Below are positions 29,810-40,312 of a stretch of 64,000 nucleotides of DNA, piece by piece. Position numbers and translations under genes: made by a program. This DNA is from Clostridia bacterium (GTDB taxonomy: Bacteria > Bacillota > Clostridia > TANB77 > CAG-465): the NCBI GenBank assembly GCA_017549425.1, contig JAFYUV010000017.1, positions 136,750-200,749 on the forward strand. The letters are read 5' to 3'. The stretch's first letter is position 1. Each line of letters begins with the position of its first letter. A model generated the notes under the pieces. It searched no databases. It saw only the letters and a program-made list of their open reading frames with translations, and had not been told where the DNA came from.

Positions 29810-31007
29810 TTATTTTTTACGAGTAGTTTTTATGCAACTTGCACGCGTAATTAAAGTATCGTTATTAAATTTAGCTAATAATTCATCTACAACCTTATCA
29901 ACTTTAAACTCTTTTGTTTTTTCTGTATCAAATATACTTAACTGGGTTGTACAGTCTGCTGTAAGATTAGAAAGACCAACACCAATTAATCGTACAGGTA
30001 TATTATTATACATTGTTTCAAATATATTTTTAGCACAGCTGTATATATCTTTTGTGACGTTTGTATAAGTAGATAAAGTGTATGATCTAGAGTAAGTTTT
30101 GAATAAATTGGTTTTTAAAGTTACAGTAATTGTTTTACATTTCATTTTTTCGGCTCTGAGTCTGGTAGCCGTTTTATTACATAATGCCAATATTAATTCT
30201 AAGATTTCACATCTATTACTCAAATCATATTCTGTTGTATGACTATTGCTTATAGATTTTGGTGCTTCTTGTTCTGTATTTATTATAGAATTATCAATTC
30301 CATTAGCATAATTGTACAAAGTTTCACCATGAGATTTTAGCAAATTTTTTAATGTATTTGGATTAGCGTGAGCTATATCAAATATAGTTTTTATACCAAT
30401 TTCTCTTAATTTTTTTGCGGAGGATTTACCTAAGAAAAATAAATTTTCAATAGGTAATGGCCACATTTTAGTCTCAATTTCTTCTTTAAACAAGGTATGT
30501 ATTTTATTTGGCTTTTCAAAATCACTTGCCATTTTTGCGAGTAACTTGTTTGTTGAAATTCCGTATATTTACAGTAAATCCCAAAGTGTTTTGCACTTCT
30601 TTTTGAATTCTTTTAGCAACTTCCATAAAACTGCCGAAAAGAGGAACATATTCCATAAAAACTTCATCTATAGAAAAAGGTTCAATTTTATCTGAGTATT
30701 TACTAAGTAATTCTTTTAATTTATTGCTATTTTCACAATATAATTTAAAATTTGGAGGATAGCATATTAAGTTTTTACATTTCTTTTTAGCTTGAAATAT
30801 AGGTTCTCCGGTAATTACTCCAAAAGATTTTGCTACTGGAGATTTAGCAAGAATTACTCCTGTTCTAGTTTTTGGGTCACCAGCAATAGCTGAAGGTATA
30901 GTTCTAATATCTATATTTTCTCCTTTTTTTAACATATCTACAGCAGTCCAAGATAAAAAAGCGTTATTTACATCTATATGAAATATAATTTTTTCCATCA
31001 GTAACAC
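29810..31007 (-). pseudogene. Y-family DNA polymerase (DinB/Pol IV-like), interrupted by a +1 frameshift at 30561-30564 (plus strand CCGT)
   Basis: Upstream frame (31007-30522): HIDVNNAFLSW...SIDEVFMEY...LGFTVNI; downstream frame (30532-29810): (NKLLAK)MASDFEKPNKIHTLF...; removing one base of ATA-C-GGA restores LGFTVNIGISTNKLLAKMASDF. Confidence 0.8.
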
Positions 31008-31126
31008 CTCTAAAGTTATTATACAAACGAAAGTTCGTTAAGTCAAGTCACAATTTGTCGAAAACTCTAATTTTTATTTGATTTGCAAATATATATTTTG
31101 GCATATATGCTATTTATGGTGAATGT

Positions 31127-31387
31127 ATGAAAATATATATAGTTGAAAGAGAAATAAACAAAGAGGTGGAAGAAATTTTCGACAAGCATTTTATAATTGA
31201 TAGGATAAGTGACTTGAAAAATTGTAAGGTTGTTATTATATCTAAAGTAAAAGATATAAAAAAAGCGTTAGATATAGTAGAAACAGCATTGCAAAATGGT
31301 ATTGAAATTATTTGTATTAAACCTGTCTTTTGTAAAGAGGGATTCCTGTGTAATTTATTAATAAAAGAAGGGGCTATTTGGGTATAA
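31127..31387 (+). CDS. Hypothetical protein (86 aa), divergent from the polymerase gene
   Basis: Complete ORF; no family recognised. Confidence 0.3.
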   Translation: MKIYIVEREINKEVEEIFDKHFIIDRISDLKNCKVVIISKVKDIKKALDIVETALQNGIEIICIKPVFCKEGFLCNLLIKEGAIWV

Positions 31388-31480
31388 ATTATTAAATTTT
31401 AAGCGCTATTTTATGCTCAGTTTTCCTTGCTATTTTAATATATATATTATATAATTTGAGGCAAAGAAAGAGGTATTTTT

Positions 31481-32788
31481 ATGAGAGGAATTTCAGTAGA
31501 TTTTGAAGGATTAAAAAAATTTGTAGATGATTATGAATTCGAACTTATACAAGAGCAAGTTGCAAATGCTCATAGTAAGTTAGAAAATAAATCTGGTTTA
31601 GGAAATGATTACCTAGGCTGGCTAGATTTACCTGAATCTATTTCAGAAGAAGAGGTAAATAATATAAAAAAAGCGGCAGATAAAATAAGAAAACAAGCAG
31701 AGGTTTTGGTAGTTATAGGAATTGGTGGGTCATATTTGGGAGCCAAGGCTGTTATAGATATGTTGTCTGATCCATTATATAATTTACAACCATTATCTAA
31801 GAGACGTGGTCCGCAGGTTTTATTTGTAGGAAATAGCTTAAGCGGTAAATATTTAAGAAGTTTAATAGAATATTTAAGAGATAAAGATGTAGCTGTAAAT
31901 GTTATATCTAAGTCTGGAAAAACTATAGAGCCAGCAGTTGCTTTTAGAATTTTTAAGTTATTCATGGAAGAAAAATATGGAATTAGTGGTGCTCGTGAAA
32001 GAATATATGTAACTACAGATGAAAATGATGGAATACTTAGACAAATTTGTAATGCTGAAGAATATACTAGTTTCGTGATTCCTAAAAATGTAGGAGGAAG
32101 ATATTCTGTGTTGTCTCCTGTAGGGTTATTACCAATGGCAGTAGCTGGAATTAATTTTGAAGATGTGTTAGATGGAGCTCTTTTTGCAAGACATATGTAT
32201 AACGTTAGTAAAGTAGAAGACAATGATTGTTATAAATATGCTGCAGCAAGAAATATTTTATATAGTAAAGGTAAAGACATAGAATTACTTACAACTTATG
32301 AACCAACTATGCAATATTTTGGAGAATGGTTTAAACAATTATTTGGCGAAAGTGAAGGTAAAGATAGAAAAGGAATTTTTCCAGCTTCATGTATATTTAC
32401 AACAGATTTACATTCTATGGGACAATTAATACAAGAAGGCAAAAGAAATATATTTGAAACGGTTTTAAATGTTGAAAATGTTAATTCTATGATAAAAGTA
32501 CCTGAAGTAGAAAATTCAATTGATGAATTAGATTATTTAGAAAATAAAGAACTGGATTACATTAATAAAATGGCTATGAAGGGAACTTATTTAGCACACG
32601 TGGATGGAATGGTTCCAACAATCCAAATAAATGTTAAAGAGATGAATGAATATAATGTTGGACAATTAATATTTTTCTTTGAAAAAGCTTGTGGAATAAG
32701 TGGATATCTATTAGGTGTAAATCCATTTAATCAACCAGGAGTGGAAGCCTATAAGAAAAATATGATGAAATTACTCAAAGAGGACTAA
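31481..32788 (+). CDS. pgi: Glucose-6-phosphate isomerase
   Basis: 435 aa; SIS-domain motifs (VVIGIGGSYLG, ...ISKSGKT...) and a C-terminal Pgi block. Confidence 0.85.
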   Translation: MRGISVDFEGLKKFVDDYEFELIQEQVANAHSKLENKSGLGNDYLGWLDLPESISEEEVNNIKKAADKIRKQAEVLVVIGIGGSYLGAKAVIDMLSDPLYNLQPLSKRRGPQVLFVGNSLSGKYLRSLIEYLRDKDVAVNVISKSGKTIEPAVAFRIFKLFMEEKYGISGARERIYVTTDENDGILRQICNAEEYTSFVIPKNVGGRYSVLSPVGLLPMAVAGINFEDVLDGALFARHMYNVSKVEDNDCYKYAAARNILYSKGKDIELLTTYEPTMQYFGEWFKQLFGESEGKDRKGIFPASCIFTTDLHSMGQLIQEGKRNIFETVLNVENVNSMIKVPEVENSIDELDYLENKELDYINKMAMKGTYLAHVDGMVPTIQINVKEMNEYNVGQLIFFFEKACGISGYLLGVNPFNQPGVEAYKKNMMKLLKED

Positions 32789-32791
32789 AAT

Positions 32792-34477
32792 ATGGGAAAA
32801 GTTTGGAATTTAAAAGAAATTAATGAAAAAGAAATTTTAGAATATAAAGAAAAGTTTAAAATATCTGAAACATTAGCTAGTATGCTGGTTTCAAAAGGAA
32901 TTAAAGTGGATGAGGTAAAAAGCTATCTAAATCCAGATATTTCATATTTAAACGACCCGTTTGTTTTACCAGATATGAAGCGTTTAGTAGATAGAATTTT
33001 ACAGGCCCAAAATAATCAAGAAAATATAGTTATATATGGAGATTATGACGTTGATGGAATTACTAGTATAACTGTTTTATATTCTTTTTTAAAGGATATT
33101 GGAATTGAAGCTAAGTATTATTTGCCAGATAGATTAGAAGAAGGGTATGGCTTAAATAAAAATGCGTTGAAATTACTAAAAGGAGAAGGTGCGGATTTAA
33201 TAATTACAGTGGATTGTGGCATCTCTGCTTTTGAAGAAGCTGACTATTCAAAAGAAATAGGCCTAGATCTTTTAATAACGGACCATCATGAATGTTCAGA
33301 TGTTTTACCAGAAGCGATAGCTGTTGTGAATCCCAAAAGAAAAGATTCTAGTTATCCTTGTACAACACTTGCTGGAGTTGGAGTGACTTTTAAAGTTATT
33401 ACGGCTCTTGCTATGGCACTAGATTTGCCAAAGGAAAGTTATTTGAAATATATAGATATAGTAGCTGTTGGTACTATAGCAGATATAGTCCCTTTACTTG
33501 GAGAAAATAGAGTAATTACTTTTAATGGTTTGAAGGCTTTAAAAAGTACAAAAAATGAAGGGTTAAAAGCATTAATTAAGGTTTCAAAAATAGAGAAGAT
33601 AGATTCAGATAGTGTGTCTTTTGGGTTGGCTCCTAGAATTAATGCTAGTGGAAGGATGAATGATGCAACTATTGCAGTAAAACTATTACTTAGCAACAGC
33701 CCTATAGAAGCATATAATTTGGCTTGTACTTTAGATAAACAAAATAAAGAAAGACAAGAAGTAGAAAGAAAAATATTTGAAGAAGCCGTAACTTTAATTA
33801 ACGAAAAAGGTTTAGATAAAAAAAGAAGTATTGTACTTGCCAAAAGTAATTGGCATCAAGGAGTTATAGGTATAGTTGCGTCTAAGCTTACTGAAATGTA
33901 TTTAAAACCAGTTGTTTTGCTTGCAATTGATGGAGAAAATGCTAAAGGAAGCGCAAGAATTCCACAAGGCTTATCGCTATATGAAGCTATATCTAATTGC
34001 ACAGAGTTCTTAATATCTTTTGGTGGTCATGAATTAGCTGCAGGACTTAGTTTAGAAACAAAAAACATAGAACAATTTGCGGATAAATTCGAGAGTGTAA
34101 TTTATGAAATGAAACCTGACGAATTTGTTAAAGTGGTAGATATAGATATTTTATTAGACACTAAAAAAATAGATTTTGATTTAATAAAGGATGTAGCAAA
34201 ACTAGCTCCTTTTGGTCAAAAGAATAAAATGCCAGTATTTTTATGTAAAGATTTGAAGGTTACTAGCATTTGTACGTTAAAAGATAATAAGCACTTAAAA
34301 CTTTGTCTTCAAGATAAAAATATTTGCCAAGAAGCGATATTTTTTGGAGCAGGTTCAAGAAGAGATGAGCTAGTTATTGGAGATAAAATAGATATAGCCT
34401 GTACTTTAAGTGTAAATGCATTTATGGGAAATATAAAAATACAATTTATGTTATTAGACTTTAAAAAGAGTATATAA
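32792..34477 (+). CDS. recJ: Single-stranded-DNA-specific exonuclease RecJ
   Basis: 561 aa; DHH motif VIYGDYDVDGITS and a DHHA1 domain; recJ-relA synteny. Confidence 0.85.
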   Translation: MGKVWNLKEINEKEILEYKEKFKISETLASMLVSKGIKVDEVKSYLNPDISYLNDPFVLPDMKRLVDRILQAQNNQENIVIYGDYDVDGITSITVLYSFLKDIGIEAKYYLPDRLEEGYGLNKNALKLLKGEGADLIITVDCGISAFEEADYSKEIGLDLLITDHHECSDVLPEAIAVVNPKRKDSSYPCTTLAGVGVTFKVITALAMALDLPKESYLKYIDIVAVGTIADIVPLLGENRVITFNGLKALKSTKNEGLKALIKVSKIEKIDSDSVSFGLAPRINASGRMNDATIAVKLLLSNSPIEAYNLACTLDKQNKERQEVERKIFEEAVTLINEKGLDKKRSIVLAKSNWHQGVIGIVASKLTEMYLKPVVLLAIDGENAKGSARIPQGLSLYEAISNCTEFLISFGGHELAAGLSLETKNIEQFADKFESVIYEMKPDEFVKVVDIDILLDTKKIDFDLIKDVAKLAPFGQKNKMPVFLCKDLKVTSICTLKDNKHLKLCLQDKNICQEAIFFGAGSRRDELVIGDKIDIACTLSVNAFMGNIKIQFMLLDFKKSI

Positions 34478-34493
34478 AAGGAGTTGTGTTTAA

Positions 34494-36665
34494 TTGGAAC
34501 AACAATTGAATGAAAATGAAAAATTATTTGGAGAATTGATAGATGTGCTAAATGAGCAAGGAATGAAGTTCGAGCCAATTCTTATGAAAAATATATTTGA
34601 TTATACAAGTAAAATATATAAAGATTCAAAAAGATATAAGGGAGAGAGCACACTATCACATTCAGTTCATGTAGCTATAATTGTAGCTAAGTTAAAAATT
34701 GGAATAGAACCAGTTTATGCCGCAATACTTCATGAAGTTCCAAAATTTGAAGATTATTCATACAAAGATGTTGAAATTAAGTTTGGCAAAGAAATTGCTA
34801 CGTTAGTAAAAGATGCTAGTAAATTGTATCTTTTAAATTATGATGGCCAGGCAGATGTTGAAGCAGATAAATTAAGAAAAATGTTTATGGCTATTGCTAA
34901 AGATATTAGAGTTGTAATATTAAAGTTAGCAGATAGGCTATATAACATGAGAAATATTTATGAAGAAGACGAGGAATACCAAAGACTTAAAGCAACAGAA
35001 ACTATGAATGTGTACGCACCTATAGCGCACAGATTAGGTATGTCTGAAGTTAAATCCGAATTAGAGGATATTTCTTTTAATATATTAAATCCAGAAGAGT
35101 TTGAAAAAGTAAGAAATTCAGTTGAACTAGGAAAAGAAGAAAGAAAAGAGTACATAAATTATAGGATAGAGCAAATAAAGAGCTTGTTGGAAAAAGAAAA
35201 CATAAAAGCAACAATATATGGAAGGCCTAAATATTATTACAGTATATATAAAAAGACTAAAAAAAATAACTGTAGGGTAGAAGATCTTTTTGATTTATAT
35301 GCGGTTAGAGTAATAGTGGATAGCGTTAAGGATTGTTATAGTGTTCTTGGTATAATTCACCAAAACTTTAAGCCAATGCCAGGAAGATTTAAAGATTATA
35401 TTGCAGTACCCAAAACGAATATGTATCAATCTTTACATACAACGTTATTTGGTGAAGATAAAGCACCGTTTGAAGTGCAAATTAGAACTTGGGATATGCA
35501 TAATATTGCTGAATATGGTGTCGCGGCGCATTTCTTGTATAAAGAAGGTTCAACTCAAATGACAGACAGCGACGAAATGCTAAATTGGATAAGAAAGACA
35601 TTAGAGTTTGAACAAGAGATGGGCGAAGTATCATATAGCGATATAAAAGTTGAATTATTTGGTGATGAAGTATTTGTGTTTACTCCTAAAGGCGAAATTA
35701 AATCTTTACCTAAAGGTGCAACTCCTATAGATTATGCCTATAACATTCATCAGCACATAGGTGAAATGATGGTTGGCGCAAAGATAAATGGGAAAATGGT
35801 GCCGATAACCACAAAACTAAAAAACACAGATGTTGTAGAAATTATAACTTCTAAGACTTCTAGTGGACCAAAAGCAGATTGGTTAAAACACGTAAAAACA
35901 AATAGTGCAAAAAATAAAATTGTATCTTTCTTGAAGAAACAATCTAAAGAAATTAATATTGAAAAAGGTATAGAATTATTAGATAAAGAAATTGCTAAAA
36001 CAGGAATTACAAAGGACGAATTGCTTTCTGAAAAATATATTAAGCCAATGATTGAAAATAGCAGATACAAGAATGTAGAAGAATTTTATGAAAATATAGG
36101 GTTTGGAGTATTGACACCCAAAAAAGCGCTTAATAAAATTTTGGATGAATACAAGAAAATAAATAAAGTAGAAGAACCTGAAAAGATAGAAAAGTTTGCA
36201 GTAATAAATGCGGATAAATCAAATTATGAAGGTGTTGTTGTAGAAGGAATAGATAATTGTTTGGTAAAATTTGCTAAATGTTGTAATCCTATTCCAGGTG
36301 ACGATATTATAGGATATATAACATATGGAAAAGGTGTATCAGTACATAGAATAGATTGTCCTAACATTTCTAGTTTAGAGCTTACTCATAAAAGTATAAA
36401 TGTTTCTTGGAAGAAAAAGGATAATATATCTTATGGAACCAAAATTATAGTTATAGCTAATGATAGAAACAATTTAAGTGTAGATATATTGAAAATGTTG
36501 CAAGACACTAAAGTAAAAATTACAGGATTTACAGCTAAAGCAACAAAAGAAAGAGAGTGCATTATAGATATTACTCTTGAAGTTGCTTCTGTAGAAGAGT
36601 TACAAAGAACTATTAAGAATATTAAAAAAATAGATAGCGTATACGAAGTGAAAAGGGCTAAGTAA
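34494..36665 (+). CDS. relA: Bifunctional (p)ppGpp synthetase/hydrolase Rel (RelA/SpoT)
   Basis: 723 aa with HD hydrolase, synthetase, TGS and ACT regions; TTG start with RBS AAAGGAG. Confidence 0.9.
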   Translation: MEQQLNENEKLFGELIDVLNEQGMKFEPILMKNIFDYTSKIYKDSKRYKGESTLSHSVHVAIIVAKLKIGIEPVYAAILHEVPKFEDYSYKDVEIKFGKEIATLVKDASKLYLLNYDGQADVEADKLRKMFMAIAKDIRVVILKLADRLYNMRNIYEEDEEYQRLKATETMNVYAPIAHRLGMSEVKSELEDISFNILNPEEFEKVRNSVELGKEERKEYINYRIEQIKSLLEKENIKATIYGRPKYYYSIYKKTKKNNCRVEDLFDLYAVRVIVDSVKDCYSVLGIIHQNFKPMPGRFKDYIAVPKTNMYQSLHTTLFGEDKAPFEVQIRTWDMHNIAEYGVAAHFLYKEGSTQMTDSDEMLNWIRKTLEFEQEMGEVSYSDIKVELFGDEVFVFTPKGEIKSLPKGATPIDYAYNIHQHIGEMMVGAKINGKMVPITTKLKNTDVVEIITSKTSSGPKADWLKHVKTNSAKNKIVSFLKKQSKEINIEKGIELLDKEIAKTGITKDELLSEKYIKPMIENSRYKNVEEFYENIGFGVLTPKKALNKILDEYKKINKVEEPEKIEKFAVINADKSNYEGVVVEGIDNCLVKFAKCCNPIPGDDIIGYITYGKGVSVHRIDCPNISSLELTHKSINVSWKKKDNISYGTKIIVIANDRNNLSVDILKMLQDTKVKITGFTAKATKERECIIDITLEVASVEELQRTIKNIKKIDSVYEVKRAK

Positions 36666-36675
36666 GGTGGATTAG

Positions 36676-37350
36676 ATGGATAACTATAATGAGATAGGGG
36701 TTATAACAGAAAAACTTAATATAGCCTCTACAGGGCATATAACAAATGTATATATATTGTACAGAAAAGATAGTAAAGAGGCTATTTTAATTGATCCAGC
36801 ATACGATGCGAATGAGTTAATGAGAATTTTAGATTCAAATAATTTAACTTTAAAATATATTATTATAACCCACTGTCACGCTGACCATATTGCAGCTCTA
36901 GCTGATTTATTAGAAATTGTTCCGGAGTGTGAAGTAGTTATACATAAAGAGGATTTTACTAATATAAACGAAGAACAAGTAAATTGTAAAGATATAGTAA
37001 AAGTTGATTTAAAAAAAGTGTCTATTAATAATGTTATATTAATAGATAAAAATGTATCGATGAATTTATGTGGAATAAATTTAGATTTAATATGTACTCC
37101 AGGACATACTAAAGGTTCAATTGTAGTTTATGAGAAAGATTTAAATGTATTATTTACAGGAGATACAATTTTTTCTGATACTTATGGAAGAACTGATTTA
37201 AAAACTGGAAGTCATCAAGACATGAAAAATACTTTGGATTATTTGTTTGAAAAATTTGATGATGTGAAATGTTTGCCGGGACATGGAGAACAATTTAATT
37301 TAAAAGACGTAAAAAGAAAAATAAGGCTATTATTTGCGTATAAGGGGTGA
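36676..37350 (+). CDS. MBL-fold metallo-hydrolase
   Basis: 224 aa; THCHADH metal-binding motif. Confidence 0.7.
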   Translation: MDNYNEIGVITEKLNIASTGHITNVYILYRKDSKEAILIDPAYDANELMRILDSNNLTLKYIIITHCHADHIAALADLLEIVPECEVVIHKEDFTNINEEQVNCKDIVKVDLKKVSINNVILIDKNVSMNLCGINLDLICTPGHTKGSIVVYEKDLNVLFTGDTIFSDTYGRTDLKTGSHQDMKNTLDYLFEKFDDVKCLPGHGEQFNLKDVKRKIRLLFAYKG

Positions 37351-37354
37351 GAAT

Positions 37355-37630
37355 ATGAACTCTAAATTTTATAAAAATATAAAGCTAATCGTAAATTTAT
37401 TATTTATGGTAGCTGTAGCTATGAATATAATAATGTACTTTTTTATACAAGATAGTGTAGTTATTTATAATAGAGAAATAAATACAATGTATATTATTAT
37501 AGGGTTTGTGTTATTAGAAGTTATTATATTGTCTACAGTATATGGAAAAAAGCAAGGCTTAATGTCCTGTCTAATATTTACATTAGTTGTATTTTTTAAT
37601 TTTTTCTTTTTAATTAATACATTAATATAG
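37355..37630 (+). CDS. Small hydrophobic membrane protein
   Basis: RBS AAGGGGTGA; three predicted TM helices. Confidence 0.4.
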   Translation: MNSKFYKNIKLIVNLLFMVAVAMNIIMYFFIQDSVVIYNREINTMYIIIGFVLLEVIILSTVYGKKQGLMSCLIFTLVVFFNFFFLINTLI

Positions 37631-37637
37631 GGGATAG

Positions 37638-38489
37638 ATGATGAAAGAAAAAATAAGAAAAATAATAACACTAGGTATTGATTCGGATACCCTTAAAATA
37701 ATAGCTGTAACATCAATGTTGTTAGATCACATCGCTTACTATTTTTATGATTTGATTCCAAATATATTATATGTATCTTTAAGAATATTAGGAAGATTAG
37801 CAATGCCAATTTTTACGTACCAATTAGTGCAAGGCTTTTTCAATACCAAAAATTATAATAAATATTTAAAAAGAATTGGAATATATGCTTTGGTTACGCA
37901 GATATTAATAACGCTAGTTATGGTTGTAAATATAAAAATATTCTCAGAATATAAAACAAATATATACACTTTTGGAAACATTTTAATTTCCTTTTTTATA
38001 ATTTTAATATTGTTAAAAATAATACATGAACCAATATTGTTTAAAAAATTAGATAAAAGTCAAAATATTATCATGAAAATAATAGCAGTATTGTTGATAT
38101 TAGGAATTTATATATTTGTCCCTTTGGACTATGGAATTTCAGCGCCGATATTAGCAATATTGATATATATGATAGAAAAATTTAGGATAACAGTATTGAT
38201 ATCTAAAAATAATATTAGTCAGAATTTCACAGGACTTTTATATAAAAGTATTAGTGAAAATACTGTGAAAATAGTGTATATTTCTTTAATTCTATTTAGT
38301 TTAATACTATGTGTAATATATTGTAATATTTCTTGGATAATTATTCTTTCTATTATACCAATAATGCTATATAATGGGGAAAGAAAAAACGCTGATAAGA
38401 AGTGTAAAATGTTGTTTTATATGTTTTATCCGGCTCATAATGTTTTGTTATATATTACAGCAATGCTTGTGGCAAATCTAAAAATTTGA
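37638..38489 (+). CDS. TraX-family membrane protein
   Basis: 283 aa; N-terminal LKIIAVTSMLLDHIAYYF motif typical of TraX. Confidence 0.6.
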   Translation: MMKEKIRKIITLGIDSDTLKIIAVTSMLLDHIAYYFYDLIPNILYVSLRILGRLAMPIFTYQLVQGFFNTKNYNKYLKRIGIYALVTQILITLVMVVNIKIFSEYKTNIYTFGNILISFFIILILLKIIHEPILFKKLDKSQNIIMKIIAVLLILGIYIFVPLDYGISAPILAILIYMIEKFRITVLISKNNISQNFTGLLYKSISENTVKIVYISLILFSLILCVIYCNISWIIILSIIPIMLYNGERKNADKKCKMLFYMFYPAHNVLLYITAMLVANLKI

Positions 38490-38571
38490 AAAATTAATAC
38501 TATTGTGATATAATATCATAGTAGTATTTTTTTAGTTTAAATTTAATAATAAAAACATGGAGGAAAAAATA

Positions 38572-39384
38572 ATGGGAAAAACTTATAAACTTGCTCAGTA
38601 TGAAGATTATCTCAAAAGTGATTTGGGAAAATTACTTCTTGTTCGGAAACTGGAAGAAGAAAAATTATATGTTGAAGGGAAACTTATAAATAATTATCTC
38701 TTGAAGCTTTTAGCTAAAGACGATGATTTTGAAGTTAAGAGAAGAATTGCTTCAAGTAAAGTTGCTACCGATGATATCTTATGGAGGTATTCAAAAGATA
38801 AAGATTGGTCAGTACGCGCCTGTGTAGCTAAAAATCTGAATACATCAATCAGCGTTTTGATGAATCTTGCTAAAGATGAAGATTACTCTGTGAGAGAGGC
38901 TGTAGCTAAAAATCCTAATTCAACAAAGGATGTTCTTAAATATTTATATGAAGATGATTTCTGGTATGTTAAAATGGCAGTGGCATTAAATTCAAATGTA
39001 ACAAACAATATGCTAAGGCATTTAGCAAAAGATTTGGACTGGAACGTAAGAGTCGCTGTAATAGATAGCCCTAAAGTTACACTGAGTATTTTAAAATACC
39101 TTATGGTCGATATAGAACCGAAAGTTAAAGCAAAAGTTGCCGAACACCATTTAACTACAAGAGATATGAGAGATATTCTTATGACAGATGAAAATTATAT
39201 AGTTAAATGTGGTGTTGCCAAAAGTAAGAAGGCAACTATAAAACAACTTATAGAACTGTCAAAAGATGATTTTTGGTTGGTTCGTAGATATGTAGTAGAA
39301 AACGAAAAGTGCCCCAATTCAGTTTTGAACAAGTTAATAAAAGACCCAAATATAAAAGTTAGAACAGCAGTAAGAATAAAGTAA
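38572..39384 (+). CDS. Leucine-rich-repeat-variant (LRV / HEAT-like) repeat protein
   Basis: At least six tandem units of about 24 aa, of the form D(D/E)DWxVR.AVAKNpNt...L..LAKD; start at MGKTYK with RBS GGAGG. Confidence 0.5.
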   Translation: MGKTYKLAQYEDYLKSDLGKLLLVRKLEEEKLYVEGKLINNYLLKLLAKDDDFEVKRRIASSKVATDDILWRYSKDKDWSVRACVAKNLNTSISVLMNLAKDEDYSVREAVAKNPNSTKDVLKYLYEDDFWYVKMAVALNSNVTNNMLRHLAKDLDWNVRVAVIDSPKVTLSILKYLMVDIEPKVKAKVAEHHLTTRDMRDILMTDENYIVKCGVAKSKKATIKQLIELSKDDFWLVRRYVVENEKCPNSVLNKLIKDPNIKVRTAVRIK

Positions 39385-39389
39385 TAATA

Positions 39390-39424
39390 AACAACCTCGC
39401 ATAAATAATGCGGGGTTGTTTTAA
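39390..39424 (+). terminator. Rho-independent terminator
   Basis: AACAACCTCGCAT-aaataa-TGCGGGGTTGTT followed by TTAAC. Confidence 0.55.
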
Positions 39425-39467
39425 CGCTATTAAAGTTAAAACATACAATATATTGGAGGGATTATAA

Positions 39468-40188
39468 ATGAAATGTAGAGTATTAAGGAAACGGAGAATG
39501 TGAAATATCAGGTCCATATACTTCTTCTCATCAAGCTGTTGACTTGGTAGGTAAAAATTATACTTTGGATTATGTTATAGCTCATAGTGAAGGAGAGGTT
39601 GTAGAACTTGTTAAAGACTGTAACGAGAATACATCAGGAGAAGCGAAATATGGAAGTAAAAGAGTAGAAAATATATATGGAAACTATGTGAAAATAAAGC
39701 ACCCTAATGGTATGTATACATTATATGCGCATTTACAATATGGTTCTGTAGATGTAAATTTAAAAGATAAAGTAAAAAAAGGACAAGTGATAGGCTTTAT
39801 GGGAAATACAGGGTATTCTTTTGGAGCGCATTTGCACTTTGAGGTAAGAGATGAAAATAATGTAAAAATAGATGCAATTAAGTATATAGATGCGGACTTA
39901 GAAGGTAATACGATTAATTATTCAATAGGAAATTATGTTTGTGATTTTGATATGAAAGTAAGAAATGGTCCTGCGCTAAGTTTTTTTGTAAAAAAGGTTA
40001 GCGAACTAACTGCTGATGGTAAAAAAAATGCAACAAGCCAGAATTTAAATGCATATGCAGTGTATAAAAAAGGAACGGTATTTACTGCTATGGAAATATT
40101 TAAGTCTACAATAGATGTTTGGGCCAAGACTCCAAGCGGGTATATTTGTTTGACTGATAATGAAATGAAGTATTGCTCAAAACTATGA
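39468..40188 (+). pseudogene. Cytoplasmic-type M23 peptidase with a C-terminal SH3-like domain, interrupted by a +1 frameshift at 39491-39494
   Basis: ATG at 39468 with RBS GGAGGG gives MKCRVLRK, then a stop; the next frame continues GECEISGPYTSSHQAVDLVGK...YAHLQYGS...GAHLHFEV (HxxxD, HLH motifs); removing one base of AAA-C-GGA joins the two frames. Confidence 0.65.
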
Positions 40189-40312
40189 GCGCAAAATTTG
40201 ACATAAATACTTTACTTTATTAAAAATCTGTGCTATAATGTGTTATGTTAGGAATTATTTTATGATGCAAAACATATGAATTAAGTAGAGCACATAAGGA
40301 GGAAATAAAAGG

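Noticed and set aside
31040-31062. Possible LexA (Cheo) box upstream of the Y-family polymerase
   Set aside because: The palindrome is ACGAA-N2-TTCGT, not the CGAAC-N4-GTTCG spacing. I kept it only as a low-confidence observation in the findings, not as a LexA site.
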